DNA from: Gammaproteobacteria bacterium
GTDB taxonomy: Bacteria; Pseudomonadota; Gammaproteobacteria; Eutrophobiales; Eutrophobiaceae
Length of the DNA stretch: 64,000 bases
Direction: 5' to 3'
Assembly (NCBI GenBank): GCA_965222155.1
Contig: CBDCTH010000001.1
Coordinates: 31,401 to 95,400, forward strand
In this document: piece after piece, positions 9,949-20,061 of the stretch
Layout: each line of letters starts with the position of its first letter
Numbering within the stretch: the first letter of the stretch is position 1
The notes under the pieces: generated by a model
Told to the model about the DNA's origin: nothing
Databases searched by the model: none
Seen by the model: the letters and a program-made list of their open reading frames with translations, nothing else
Translations under genes and position numbers: made by a program

Positions 9949-10545
9949 TCAGCAGAACACCCGGGGCCGAAAGTCTGCCTGATTGATAATGCTGGCGCTG
10001 CTCCCGGTGGCTCGGATGACATACAAGCCCTGCCGCTCCGCATACACCTGCACAGAATGATCCACCTTCAGGTACGCCACTGCGCCCAGTATCTTCCGTC
10101 CTTTGAATCCCGACACCCAACCCGTGAATTTATCCAGCTTCTCCAGAAAATGCGTCACATCCCCGGCCCGTAACGTGGTCTTGACTTCCACGACGACCAC
10201 TTCTTCTCCATTCGCTGCCAGAATGTCATACTCGTAATGCTCGCCATTACGCCGACCGCTCACTCGGGGATACGTCGTCTGCACTTCTATCCCGCGCGCC
10301 TGCAACAGGGGAATCAGGTCCCCTTCTACCAGACTCTCCACCAGCTTGCCCCACTGGCTGGTAAACAACTCATCCAGTTTCTTCAAGCGCCGGTCGGTTT
10401 CCTTCATCTGCCGGTCGGTTTCCTTCATCCGCCGGTCGGTGTCCTTCATCTGTTCACGGACCTCCTCAGACTGCTTGCCGACGGCTCGCAGAATATTCCA
10501 GATTTCTTCGGGGGTGGCGGGGTCTTGATGCAGTTCGTTTTCCAT
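9949..10545 (-). CDS. coiled-coil PD-(D/E)XK nuclease-like protein, copy 3, three heptad units
   Basis: Near-identical to copies 1 and 2; MKDTDRR-MKETDRQ-MKETDRR. Confidence 0.8.
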   Translation of the reverse strand: MENELHQDPATPEEIWNILRAVGKQSEEVREQMKDTDRRMKETDRQMKETDRRLKKLDELFTSQWGKLVESLVEGDLIPLLQARGIEVQTTYPRVSGRRNGEHYEYDILAANGEEVVVVEVKTTLRAGDVTHFLEKLDKFTGWVSGFKGRKILGAVAYLKVDHSVQVYAERQGLYVIRATGSSASIINQADFRPRVFC

Positions 10546-10714
10546 GATGCCTTTCTCCTGTGCTGGTTTGACGTTACAGAGAATAATACAAGCGCCGGAA
10601 TATATCAAGTTCAATTTTCATGCTGTATTTCAAACTGAGACACTATCAGTTTCTCCATAATAAGGAATAGCATCCTAATCTCTGTCGATATATATTCTAA
10701 TCTTGAGACAAGCA

Positions 10715-11536
10715 CTATTTATGTGCATCGAGTAGGATCATGACTTCTCCTTTGCCGTTGTTCGCCAGGTCACCGGTATACATACGGACTTCAGGGCCGA
10801 AATTGCGGAAAAACCGGTAACGGCTTCCCATACGGGAAAGCTGTTTGAAAAACAGGCGCAGGTATTCCATCTTCAGCGTACCGCAGTTTGCCAAGGTAGC
10901 GCCGATCCGGTCAGGCCGCTTGCCCAGTATAATGGTCCCGCGTTTCATCCCGTAACCCGGGAGTTTGCCTGATTTACCCAGGATCAATATGGTGCCGGCC
11001 ACCATGCCGGCGCCGGAAAAGTTTCCTGCGTTGCCAGCGATCATGATCATCCCGCGCCGCATTTTATCACCGGTCCGATTTCCGGCATTGCCCCATACCG
11101 TGATCAGGCCGTCCTGCATTCCCTGCATGCTGGTTCGAGCCCCGGCCCCGATGTAATCGCCAGCATCGCCCTCGACGTCGATCCTGCCCCAGTGCATATC
11201 GCAGCCGAGCCAGTCGCCGCAACTGCCGTTGACCCTGATTGTGCCGCCTCTCATCCCGTGCCCGAGGTAACTGCCGCCATGGGCCTTGACGTTGAGGTGT
11301 CCCCGCGTCATGTCTGCGCCTATCCGGGTAACCAGTTCCGTAGTGCGGCGTAACTCAATATGCTCAGGGTTGTCTCCACTGATGGAAAACAGGTCTCCGG
11401 TTCTGGCCGGTGTTGAACCCAGGACCACTTCGATAGCGGCGATATTATCTGCGGCCGACAGTCTGTCCGGTGTCAGCGCAGATAAATCCAGCCGTTGGCG
11501 CGGCTTGTTCTTCAAGGTGAGTATCATGGGTTTCAT
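10715..11536 (-). CDS. fhcC: formyltransferase/hydrolase complex subunit C (FhcC/FwdC family)
   Basis: Gly-rich GxxMxxG beta-helix repeats; last gene of fhcBADC. Confidence 0.9.
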   Translation of the reverse strand: MKPMILTLKNKPRQRLDLSALTPDRLSAADNIAAIEVVLGSTPARTGDLFSISGDNPEHIELRRTTELVTRIGADMTRGHLNVKAHGGSYLGHGMRGGTIRVNGSCGDWLGCDMHWGRIDVEGDAGDYIGAGARTSMQGMQDGLITVWGNAGNRTGDKMRRGMIMIAGNAGNFSGAGMVAGTILILGKSGKLPGYGMKRGTIILGKRPDRIGATLANCGTLKMEYLRLFFKQLSRMGSRYRFFRNFGPEVRMYTGDLANNGKGEVMILLDAHK

Positions 11537-11551
11537 CTCAGGAACCTCTGA

Positions 11552-12460
11552 TCAAGTCGGTGTTTCTTTCAATATATCCCTGAGGTGGAAATGGTAAGGT
11601 CCCAGTTTTCCGCCATAGTTCCCTGCGCCGATCCGGTAGATGCCCTTGTCCGGTCCATTTTCGCAGACCGCCTCGATACCGGCGCGCATGGCTTCGCTGA
11701 TTGCGGCTTCATTCAAGCCGTCGATGACGATTTCCAGAACGGAACCGATCTCCTCCGTCAGCATGCTGTTTACCCGGCTTTTCAGGGTTGGGCAGAAGAC
11801 CTCATTTGTTGATGCCGGTAGAAAAGAGTATTTCGAGCCTACCTTGGAACCGGATCCGACAATCCCACCGGGAAACGTGGTGACTGCGCCGTCCACTCCG
11901 CGAATCGCCTTAACGGCTTTTTCACAGGCGCTCAGGCCGTGACGGGAAGTCTTTGCCATCACCAGGAAATTACCGCCGCCAATGGCAGGGACTACACCGG
12001 TGCTCTCTTCGCACAGGAATTCACCGTGCATGACCGGGATGCGCCAGTAGCGGATACCGTCCAGTATCTTTGATATCTGGTGACCGTCGCCGAAATATCT
12101 CAGGCTTTTACCCAGCGGCAACATGGTATCGCTATGGGTACCCGCAAAGCAGGCGCTGGTCGCGGTAGTCATTACGGATTGTCCGACGCGCCGGGTGAGT
12201 TGGTCGGCCAACTGCGATTTCGACATGGCAAACATGATGATCGCCACACCGGGCCTGCCGTCCGGGGTTTCTTCCGGCTTCAGTTCCCGTTCAATATCCG
12301 CCTCACAACCGCAGGCAATCACGGACGAGGCAAATCCGGTCAGGGAGTTGGCCGCGCGGTAAGCATACTTCATGGTCATGGCGGTAATGATCAGCCGGGT
12401 CGCCTTCATGGGAAATGCCTCGGCAAACGTATCGTCAATGCTTACGCCGTTTATTTTCAT
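11552..12460 (-). CDS. fhcD: formylmethanofuran:H4MPT formyltransferase FhcD
   Basis: MKINGVSIDDTFAEAF, TPDGRPG, GSKVGSKY, AGNYGGKLG; likely start 12460. Confidence 0.92.
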   Translation of the reverse strand: MKINGVSIDDTFAEAFPMKATRLIITAMTMKYAYRAANSLTGFASSVIACGCEADIERELKPEETPDGRPGVAIIMFAMSKSQLADQLTRRVGQSVMTTATSACFAGTHSDTMLPLGKSLRYFGDGHQISKILDGIRYWRIPVMHGEFLCEESTGVVPAIGGGNFLVMAKTSRHGLSACEKAVKAIRGVDGAVTTFPGGIVGSGSKVGSKYSFLPASTNEVFCPTLKSRVNSMLTEEIGSVLEIVIDGLNEAAISEAMRAGIEAVCENGPDKGIYRIGAGNYGGKLGPYHFHLRDILKETPT

Positions 12461-12469
12461 AATTAAAAT

Positions 12470-13805
12470 CACTGCTGTCCCAAGAAAATCGTGTTGATAT
12501 AATATAACTCATTCATTTCATTAGTAAATAAGCGATTTTTAGCAGACATCGATTAAAACCACCCCTCCCCCGCTGGCTAATGCTACCCTCCTGATTTTTA
12601 TCATTATCAGGAGGAGCCATCATGCCGTCCGGTCACTATATCTTTTCTCAGGTCATGGCCCATTTGCCCATGAAACCATTCCGCCGCTGTGTCCAACGTT
12701 ATCACGGCAACCGTTATGTCAAATCCTTTACCTGTCTCGACCAGTTCCTCTGTATGGCATTCGCCCAACTCACTTACCGCGAGAGCTTGCGTGATATCGA
12801 AGTCTGCCTGCGCGCACACCGGGACAAACTCTATCATATGGGGCTACGCGGCGGCATGTCACGCAACACCCTCGCCCATGCCAACCCGCAGCGCGACGGG
12901 CGCCTCTACGCCGACTTTGCCCACGCCCTGATTCGCCTGGCCCGACCGCTGTATGCCGACGAAGACCTGGGGCTGGAACTCGATAATACCGTCTATGCCC
13001 TCGACTCCTCCACCATCGACCTGTGCCTGTCCGTGTTCCCCTGGGCGCACTTCCGTCAAACCAAAGCGGCTATCAAACTGCATACCTTGCTGGACTTGCG
13101 CGGCACTATCCCCACCTTTATACATCTCTCCGAGGGCAAACTGCACGATGTCAATGTCCTCGACCTGCTGCTGCCCGAGCCCGGCGCCTGCTACGTCATG
13201 GACCGCGCGTAGCTCGATTTCCAACGTCTGTTTGCCCTCAACATCGCCGCCGCCTTCTTCGTTATCCGGGCCAAGTCCAATACCCGTTACCGCCGCCGTT
13301 ATTCCCGACCGGTCGATAAAGCCACCGGCCTGCTGTGTGACCAGACCATCGTCCTGACCGGTGTCCGCGCCGCCACCCACTACCCACAACCACTGCGACG
13401 CATCAAATACCGCGACCCACAGACCCATAAGACGTTCGATTTCCTCACCAACCACTTTGCCTTGCCCGCACACACCATCACCGAGTTGTATCGCTATCGC
13501 TGGCAGGTCGAGTTGTTCTTCAAATGGATTAAACAACACCTGCGCATCAAAGCCTTCTTCGGCACCTCGGAGAACGCTGTCAAAACCCAAATCTGGACCG
13601 CCGTCAGTGTGTATGTCCTGGTGGCGCTCATAAAAAAACGTCTCCAACTGACTACGGAACTCTACACAATATTACAGGTTTTAAGCCTGACCCTGTTTGA
13701 AAAAATACCATTATATCAATTACTTATACAATCCGATTACAAAACAGACCACCGTGATATACTTAACCAGTTGAATTTATTCGATTAATTCTTGGGACAC
13801 TAGTG
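12470..13805 (+). mobile_element. IS4-family insertion sequence
   Basis: IRs CACTGCTGTCCCAAGAA / TTCTTGGGACACTAGTG; 9-bp target duplication AATTAAAAT at 12461-12469 and 13806-13814. Confidence 0.92.
12622..13788 (+). pseudogene. IS4 transposase interrupted by in-frame TAG (13210-13212)
   Basis: ALDSSTI, MDRA*LDF (normally DR.Y), Y.YRWQVELFFKWIKQ (YREK), all in one frame. Confidence 0.88.
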
Positions 13806-13823
13806 AATTAAAATATTAAATAA

Positions 13824-14034
13824 ATCCGCAGATGACGCAGATTAACGCAGATGTATTCAGGTATTATTTGTGCCAATCTGCTGGTTATCATTCCCGCGTA
13901 ACCGGGAATCCGGTAAATAAACACTTCCTTGTCATAATGGGTTTTTTGTCTACTGTATGTCTGCATTCACGATGACAACCAGAAAGACATGAAACACTTA
14001 AAATAATCTGCGTTAATCTGCGTCATCTGCGGAT
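13824..14034. repeat. 29-bp perfect inverted repeat enclosing a REP-like hairpin; one arm encodes the fhcA C-terminus and stop
   Basis: ATCCGCAGATGACGCAGATTAACGCAGAT (13824-13852) and reverse complement (14006-14034). Confidence 0.85.
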
Positions 14035-15689
14035 AAATCCTGTTTGCAATCATGTACCAGCAGTGGATGTTGATTATATCCTTCCAGTTCATCCCGGCTG
14101 ATTTTGAAATTTTCCAGGTTCATGGTCATGTATCTGTCAAAATAGCGTTTCAGGGGTTTTTCTATGCCCCGGTCGTAATCCGGTTCGACCACGTGACTGC
14201 TGGTAGCCGGTATGGCGCAGACCTTGCCGTTCCTGACGCAGAGTTCGCCGCGTTTGAATACGTATTCCGGTCTGCTGAACATGGTCTCTGCGTTGTCATC
14301 AGGCTTATAGACGGTGATATCCGCCGTTGCCCCTATCCCCAGGTGGCCGAGGTTTCTCAGTCCCAGGCTCCTTGCCGGCGCAGCCCGGGTGAGAATAGCA
14401 ATTTCGTATAATGAATATTCCCGGTCGATTGAAGACAGGATGCTTGCGCTTGCGGCATCCTTGTTGATAGTGGCTAACATGTCGTTGCGAAATCCCTTGT
14501 CCATGAGCAGCCTTATCAAATGCGGATAGGAAGTAAATGGCGCGCCGTTCGGGTGATCGGTGGTCAGGAAAACACGCCAGGGGTCATTAATGAGTAAAAA
14601 TATTTCCAGGCCGATACACCACTGCAAGGCATTGACGAAATTTCTGTCCCGGTAGCGGAAAGGCACCACGCCACAGCCGGCATCGCATTCTATGTCCATG
14701 CAGACCCATTTTTTCGGATGGGCATGAATGTGACCCTTATGCTGCATCATGGTATCGGCGGATGCGGTAATCGTTTGGCCGAACATGATCTGGCCGACGT
14801 CAATGGATACGTTTCCGTTCCGGTTGACAGCCTCTGCTACCTGTGCTGCCGCGGACGAGAATTTCCTGTCCCCCTCCTGTCCGTAACTGTAGAATTGTAC
14901 ATGGGCCAGGTGTAACGGCTTGCCCTCCGCCGCGGCAATGGTGTCAAGTGTCGTCTGGTAATTGCCCGGTACCCCCAGGTTGCAGCCATGCACGTGCAGG
15001 GGATGAGGAACGCCGAGCTCGTCCAGTGCATCAAGCAGCGCGGCCATAATGTTACGGGGCGTTATTCCGTAACCGATGTTTTTTTCATCCAGGTCCAGCT
15101 TTCTCTGGTTGAACTTGAACGCGCTGATCCCGCCAGGGTTCACTACCTTGACGCCCATTGCCCGTGCGGCGTGGATTGTCCAGGCCACATAATCATTTAT
15201 CACGGACTGTTCTTTTTTGCCTTGCAGCAGGCGCAGCAGGAAATCGTCGTTGCCGAGCAGTACATAAGCGCCCGTGTCCAGCATGGGGGTATCCGCCATT
15301 TCCAGGTGTGACGGGCGGGCATTCACAGGCATCATCGCCGGTTCGAAACAGGTGGTATAGCCCATTTCGGCATAACGGTAGCCGGTGACAAAACTGGTAG
15401 GGGCAATAGTGCCGGAACCTGAGTGCGTCAAGGCGCTTGAGGCTACCGCACTGGTGCTATGGTCCTCCGCCAGTAATAACCTGGCGATATTGACCTTGCC
15501 CCCGCCGATGTGGGTATGGATATCGATACCGCCTGCCATGACGATGCGGCCGTTCAGGTCTATCAACTGGTGAATTTTTTGATCCGGCGCCGGTTTGACC
15601 AGCTTGCCATCCTGTACGTACAAGTCCATGATTTTGCCGTCTATCCCGTTGCATGGGTCATAGACCTTGCCGCCTTCGAGCTTGATCAT
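14013..15689 (-). CDS. fhcA: formyltransferase/hydrolase subunit A (amidohydrolase)
   Basis: GGIDIHTH, HPLHVH, HVQF, TTDHPNG. Confidence 0.93.
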   Translation of the reverse strand: MIKLEGGKVYDPCNGIDGKIMDLYVQDGKLVKPAPDQKIHQLIDLNGRIVMAGGIDIHTHIGGGKVNIARLLLAEDHSTSAVASSALTHSGSGTIAPTSFVTGYRYAEMGYTTCFEPAMMPVNARPSHLEMADTPMLDTGAYVLLGNDDFLLRLLQGKKEQSVINDYVAWTIHAARAMGVKVVNPGGISAFKFNQRKLDLDEKNIGYGITPRNIMAALLDALDELGVPHPLHVHGCNLGVPGNYQTTLDTIAAAEGKPLHLAHVQFYSYGQEGDRKFSSAAAQVAEAVNRNGNVSIDVGQIMFGQTITASADTMMQHKGHIHAHPKKWVCMDIECDAGCGVVPFRYRDRNFVNALQWCIGLEIFLLINDPWRVFLTTDHPNGAPFTSYPHLIRLLMDKGFRNDMLATINKDAASASILSSIDREYSLYEIAILTRAAPARSLGLRNLGHLGIGATADITVYKPDDNAETMFSRPEYVFKRGELCVRNGKVCAIPATSSHVVEPDYDRGIEKPLKRYFDRYMTMNLENFKISRDELEGYNQHPLLVHDCKQDLSADDAD

Positions 15690-15710
15690 ACTGTCTCCCT
15701 GTTAATTTTC

Positions 15711-15804
15711 GTCACCCTTCCGGGCTTGATCCGGAATCCAGTCTGAACTTGCGTCGCTGAAAGAGTCGCATCTTTTCCTGGATTCCGGCATTCGCCGGAA
15801 TGAC
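15711..15804. repeat. REP-like doublet (GGATTCCGG...CCGGAATGAC family)
   Basis: Two inverted hairpin units; same family at about 13885-13912, 41645-41781 and 42565-42730. Confidence 0.8.
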
Positions 15805-15828
15805 TGCTCAGCCTCATACATGGCTTGT

Positions 15829-17136
15829 TCATGTCAGATTGCCCTCTATACAAGAGATAATTTCCCTGATGACCCAGGCAGCGCTGCGAGAACCGCTATC
15901 CCTCACTTGTTTCAGGGGCATGTTGATGATGTTGTCCGTCCTGAACAGACTGCCGGTGTGGTCAATGCCGGGGATTCCCACTGGAATATAAACGTCGGCG
16001 TCTGTCGCTCCGGTTCGGTATGGGGATAAAATAATCGTGGGGACGTCTAACGCCGGAGGAGTGTCGTCCGTAAAGGTCGAGATCCATAACAAACTGTCCA
16101 CGGCAGATAGGTCCGTGTCGATGCCGGACGGGCATCCTGAACGGAAATTGACATCGGTCGGGAATCCGGTCTGCCAGGTCGCCACACTCTGGAACGATGC
16201 AGCGCCGTTACTGCCGCTGAGTGACAATCCGGCGAAGCGCTGCCTGGTGTTCAGGTCGCGCGCCAGGTCCAGTATTGAACTGATGATCAGGTCGGCGTGA
16301 TCCTGCGGCAGTGCTGCCGGGCACCATACCAGCACGCCATAGTCCGCATCCCGGATTATCCCGGCAACCTGGTTCAGTTTGCGGTTTTTTGCCGCCGGTA
16401 TAGTCTGGTAGTCAGACAGTTGTTCATCTGCCAGTTTGGTGCGCAACAACGCCAGGTTGTCGGCTATTTCATCACCGTGTCCGGAAACAACCACGGGAGC
16501 GTGGTCATTGAATTCATTCAACTCCTGCGTGCCGGGTCGGCCCAGGTAGGCCAGTTTCCTGTTTTTTGATGTGCGCCATCCCGGGCGCGCCCCCTTCGGG
16601 CGCCCTTCGGGCGTCCAAATCTGTTCCGGACAGATTTGTCCGACGAACAGGGAATAGGGGGTGTTGATGAAACGTTCAATGAACCGGGGATAATCCCCGG
16701 TAACGTTGTTACCGATAAAGATGATGGTATCCGCCCTGTTTTTCACCTCTGCCAGGGTGGTCATCATCCCGCCCCGGGTCTGTAGCGCTTTCAGGTTATG
16801 GCCGGCATGGTGTTTGTGTGCCTGCAGGAGAGCGGCATCGACCTTTTCGGCCAGCCGCAGGGCCGCGCGTATGCCGTCTACGTCGGTGCCGAGGCCGGCA
16901 ATCAACGGTTTGCCGGACTGTTGCAGAATCCTGGATGCGGCTGTTACAGCCTGGTCGATGGTAGTCGGAACGCCTTTCAGTCTTGCTTGCGCAGGAGGCA
17001 GGGGCGCAGCAAAACCCTGGCCGGCAAGCCGGCAGTCATTGGCGGATACGTCAAGCTGCTGCTGTTTGTTACGGACCGTCAGGTCATCACACAAAAGGCT
17101 GCAAAACGGGCAGGTTACATTCGCTATTGACGCCAT
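15829..17136 (-). CDS. fhcB: formyltransferase/hydrolase subunit B, lacking the Mo/W-ligating Cys, with a 24-aa repeat-derived insertion
   Basis: CPFCSLLCDD N-terminus, TLAEVKNRAD, TWQTGFP; no CHGP motif. Confidence 0.88.
   Translation of the reverse strand: MASIANVTCPFCSLLCDDLTVRNKQQQLDVSANDCRLAGQGFAAPLPPAQARLKGVPTTIDQAVTAASRILQQSGKPLIAGLGTDVDGIRAALRLAEKVDAALLQAHKHHAGHNLKALQTRGGMMTTLAEVKNRADTIIFIGNNVTGDYPRFIERFINTPYSLFVGQICPEQIWTPEGRPKGARPGWRTSKNRKLAYLGRPGTQELNEFNDHAPVVVSGHGDEIADNLALLRTKLADEQLSDYQTIPAAKNRKLNQVAGIIRDADYGVLVWCPAALPQDHADLIISSILDLARDLNTRQRFAGLSLSGSNGAASFQSVATWQTGFPTDVNFRSGCPSGIDTDLSAVDSLLWISTFTDDTPPALDVPTIILSPYRTGATDADVYIPVGIPGIDHTGSLFRTDNIINMPLKQVRDSGSRSAAWVIREIISCIEGNLT
16569..16640. 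repeat. 72-bp palindromic element inserted in frame in fhcB
   Basis: Homologous to intergenic copies at 18619-18690 and 30921-30991. Confidence 0.85.
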
Positions 17137-17151
17137 CTGGTGTTAATAAAT

Positions 17152-18525
17152 TCAGTCCAGCAGGGCCAGCATTTCGTCGATTGAGGTATATTTCTCCCTG
17201 GGTTTCCCTGCTGTCTGGCCGCGTGTGATTTCGGCGGCGTCGATTTTTTTCCAATCGGAGAAACTGATATGACGGACCCCGCGCCGGTCGAGAATTTCAC
17301 AACAACCTGCGGCGCCGCTTTTGCTCTCGCCGGTGTCCAGCTTGTTGATATCTTCCAGCATCATACCCACCGTCTCCACACTGTCCGCCTTGTTGGTGCC
17401 GATGATGCCGGTGGGACCGCGCTTAATCCAGCCGGCCGTGTATAACCCGTGGTCCACGGCGCCGTCCTTGATGATCCTGCCTTTATCGTTGGAAAAAACA
17501 CCGCGGGATTCATCAAACGGCACTCCGAACATGGGTATGCCGTGGTAGCCTATACTGCGAAAGACGATCCCGGCGTCAATAGTGAGCGTTTCTCCGCTGC
17601 CCCTCGCAGACTGCCGGAATGGTTCCCCTGACAAGGTGTTTTTTTCTATCAGCAGCCGTTCTACCCTGCCGTCGCCAAGCATTTCCCTGGGGCTCTTCAG
17701 GAAGGTAAAAATGCAGTGCTTGTCCGTGGTCAGTTCCCGGTCGGCAAAACCGCAGAACAGGTCATAGATTTTTTTACTGCCGGCATTGGTCTTGTCGGCC
17801 AGCTCTGTTTCGCTTTCCGGGTTTAACACCAGTTCGTTTGCATCAATCACCGGGTCGCAAGCAGCCAGCGCCCCGAACTCCTTCAACTCCTTGGAGGTGA
17901 ACTTGGCCTGTGCAGGACCGCGCCGGCCGATAACGTAGATGTTTTTGATTTTACTGTCAGCCAGTGCATCCAGGGCATGCTCGGCAATATCCGTGTGTTT
18001 TAATTCGTCAACGGTTTTGGCCAGGATCCGGCTTACATCGGCGGCAACATTCCCCTGGCCGATAATGACCGCCGTTTCGTGGGACAGGTCAAATTTCCGC
18101 TCGCGATAATCAGGATGGCCGTTATACCAGCCGACAAATTCCGTTGCCGTGTAGCTGCCCTGTAGGTCTTCTCCCGGGATGCCGAGACGGCGGTCGGTTT
18201 CGGCGCCGCAGGTCAGGATCAGCGCGTGATGGGTTGCCCGTAATTCGGCAATGCTGATGTCCTTGCCGGTGGTCACGTTTCCTATGTAATTGAACTGTTC
18301 CGCTTCAGCGATCCTGGCGTAGACGTTGATAACCTGTTTCAGTTTCGGGTGATCCGGCGCAACACCGCTCCTTACCAGGCCGTAGGGCACGGGCAGCCGT
18401 TCGAACATGTTAATCCTGACTTCGAGGTCGGCTTTGATGAGTGCATCAATGGCATAGAAGCCACTTGGACCGCTGCCGACTACGGCAACTATCAAGGGGT
18501 TGTTCCGGGTTCCTAATCGACTCAT
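17152..18525 (-). CDS. ferredoxin--NADP+ reductase (adrenodoxin reductase/FprA type)
   Basis: VVGSGPSG, GLVRSGVAPDH, IGQGNVA.D, GWIKRGPTGIIGTN. Confidence 0.9.
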   Translation of the reverse strand: MSRLGTRNNPLIVAVVGSGPSGFYAIDALIKADLEVRINMFERLPVPYGLVRSGVAPDHPKLKQVINVYARIAEAEQFNYIGNVTTGKDISIAELRATHHALILTCGAETDRRLGIPGEDLQGSYTATEFVGWYNGHPDYRERKFDLSHETAVIIGQGNVAADVSRILAKTVDELKHTDIAEHALDALADSKIKNIYVIGRRGPAQAKFTSKELKEFGALAACDPVIDANELVLNPESETELADKTNAGSKKIYDLFCGFADRELTTDKHCIFTFLKSPREMLGDGRVERLLIEKNTLSGEPFRQSARGSGETLTIDAGIVFRSIGYHGIPMFGVPFDESRGVFSNDKGRIIKDGAVDHGLYTAGWIKRGPTGIIGTNKADSVETVGMMLEDINKLDTGESKSGAAGCCEILDRRGVRHISFSDWKKIDAAEITRGQTAGKPREKYTSIDEMLALLD

Positions 18526-18543
18526 GATTCACGTTATTGTATT

Positions 18544-18779
18544 TAACCCTGATATTGCGTCAGTGGATGTGCCCTCACTTGTCTTTTTTGCACTGGCGGG
18601 TACGTGCTTCCTCAACCAGACAAATCTGCCAGGAGCAGATTTGGACGTCCGCAGGGCGCCCGCAGGGGGCGCCCCAAGGATGGGGCGCATCAACTACGGC
18701 TATGCTTTCGGTCGCAGGCACCCGCCAGCACAAAAAATCCAGCGTGATCTTCACATCCACTGACACAATATCAGGGTTA
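18544..18779. repeat. nested palindromic repeat cluster
   Basis: Outer 28-bp IR (18544-18571 / 18752-18779, 1 mismatch) encloses a CTGGCGGGT...ACCCGCCAG element, which encloses the 72-bp element. Confidence 0.8.
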
Positions 18780-18876
18780 GAAAGGAAAACGAATCCCGAC
18801 GACCCGCCGCCGCGCCGTACGGGTCAGTTCGGGGATGAAACAGCTAAACAGATTACAGGCTAGCCATATATGCGGG

Positions 18877-19182
18877 CTAGAAACCCAGAGCGGCTTTCTT
18901 TTCGTCCGCGCCGGGTAACGGATCCATGGTGTCGGCACAGACCGGGAGTACCTTGGATTTTTCCGCGTTGATGTCTATCCATTCGAATTTGTCTTCGGGC
19001 AGGTCATCTTCCTCATAGATGGCCTGGACCGGGCATTCCGGTAGGCATGCACTACAATCGATACAGACCTCCGGGTCTATATACAGCATCTCGTCGTCAT
19101 AGTGAAAACACTCCACCGGGCATACCGTGACGCAATCGGTATAACGACAGTCTTTACAGTTATCAGTTACGATGGTTGTCAT
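18877..19182 (-). CDS. 7Fe-type ferredoxin (FdxA-like)
   Basis: CKDCRYTDCVTVCP and CIDCSACLPECP. Confidence 0.9.
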   Translation of the reverse strand: MTTIVTDNCKDCRYTDCVTVCPVECFHYDDEMLYIDPEVCIDCSACLPECPVQAIYEEDDLPEDKFEWIDINAEKSKVLPVCADTMDPLPGADEKKAALGF

Positions 19183-19236
19183 GATATTCTCCTATATAAG
19201 CTGTTCTGAAATAAGTCAACCCCGGCAGTCACGGTT

Positions 19237-20046
19237 CTATCCAGCATATAATAATATTTCTCCCCGGTTCAACTCAACACTGTCGCCACAGTAACGTTTG
19301 AATAAACCCTGCAGGTATTCTTCACCTATCGCAAAGACATCCATCAGGTGGAGCAGGTAAAGCATAATGTAACCTGGCCGGTAAGTACATGAATAGCTGA
19401 ATGTGGGCAGCAAATGTGCGCTCTTCAGACTGACGATGGTGCCCCGCTTCATGCCCGCCCCGGTCCGGATGCCGAGTTCTCCGAGTACAAAAATGCTACC
19501 GGAGAGCATATTGACCCCGGTGAAGTCACCGCTGTTGCCGGCAACGGCGATCAGCCCGTTGCGCATTGCATTGCCGGTCTCGTTTCGCACGTTGCCGTGA
19601 ATGATGATTTCCCCACCTTCCATGCCCATGGTTGCGCCCCGATAGGCACTCCCCACCATGTGGCCTGCATTGCCGTGAATCTCAATTCTGCCTCCGGACA
19701 TCTCCGGCCCGACCCAGTCGGCGGCATTGCCGATAACCCTGATTTCGCCCCCGCTCATGGCGGCCCCAAGGTGTTCGCCGACGTCACCTTCCACCTGGAT
19801 GGTCCCCCGTGACATACCGGCGCCGATAAGTTTTACCCGCCCCAGGTGGTCCCCCTGCACGTTGATGACCCCGTCGGACTGGCCTGTCACACTGAAGAAG
19901 TCACCGATATAACGGGCTTCACTGCCATGCATGACTTCCAGTTTTTCCACGCTTGCCGGTGTCTGGCCGGCGAACCGGGCAGGGGTGATGTTATCCGCCT
20001 CCAGGGGTACGTCCGGCGTTGCAATCTGTTTCAGTGATATAGGCAT
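19237..20046 (-). CDS. fwdC: formylmethanofuran dehydrogenase subunit C
   Basis: GxxMxxG repeats, GAGMKRGT; paralog of fhcC. Confidence 0.88.
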   Translation of the reverse strand: MPISLKQIATPDVPLEADNITPARFAGQTPASVEKLEVMHGSEARYIGDFFSVTGQSDGVINVQGDHLGRVKLIGAGMSRGTIQVEGDVGEHLGAAMSGGEIRVIGNAADWVGPEMSGGRIEIHGNAGHMVGSAYRGATMGMEGGEIIIHGNVRNETGNAMRNGLIAVAGNSGDFTGVNMLSGSIFVLGELGIRTGAGMKRGTIVSLKSAHLLPTFSYSCTYRPGYIMLYLLHLMDVFAIGEEYLQGLFKRYCGDSVELNRGEILLYAG

Positions 20047-20061
20047 ATCAACATCCTGTCA

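Noticed and set aside
5370-10545. Diversity-generating retroelement template/variable repeats
   Set aside because: No reverse transcriptase and differences are not adenine-specific
13210-13212. Amber recoding (also TAG at 63332)
   Set aside because: Conserved genes such as nrdB, fwdC and pabB end normally in TAG; simple nonsense mutations are more likely
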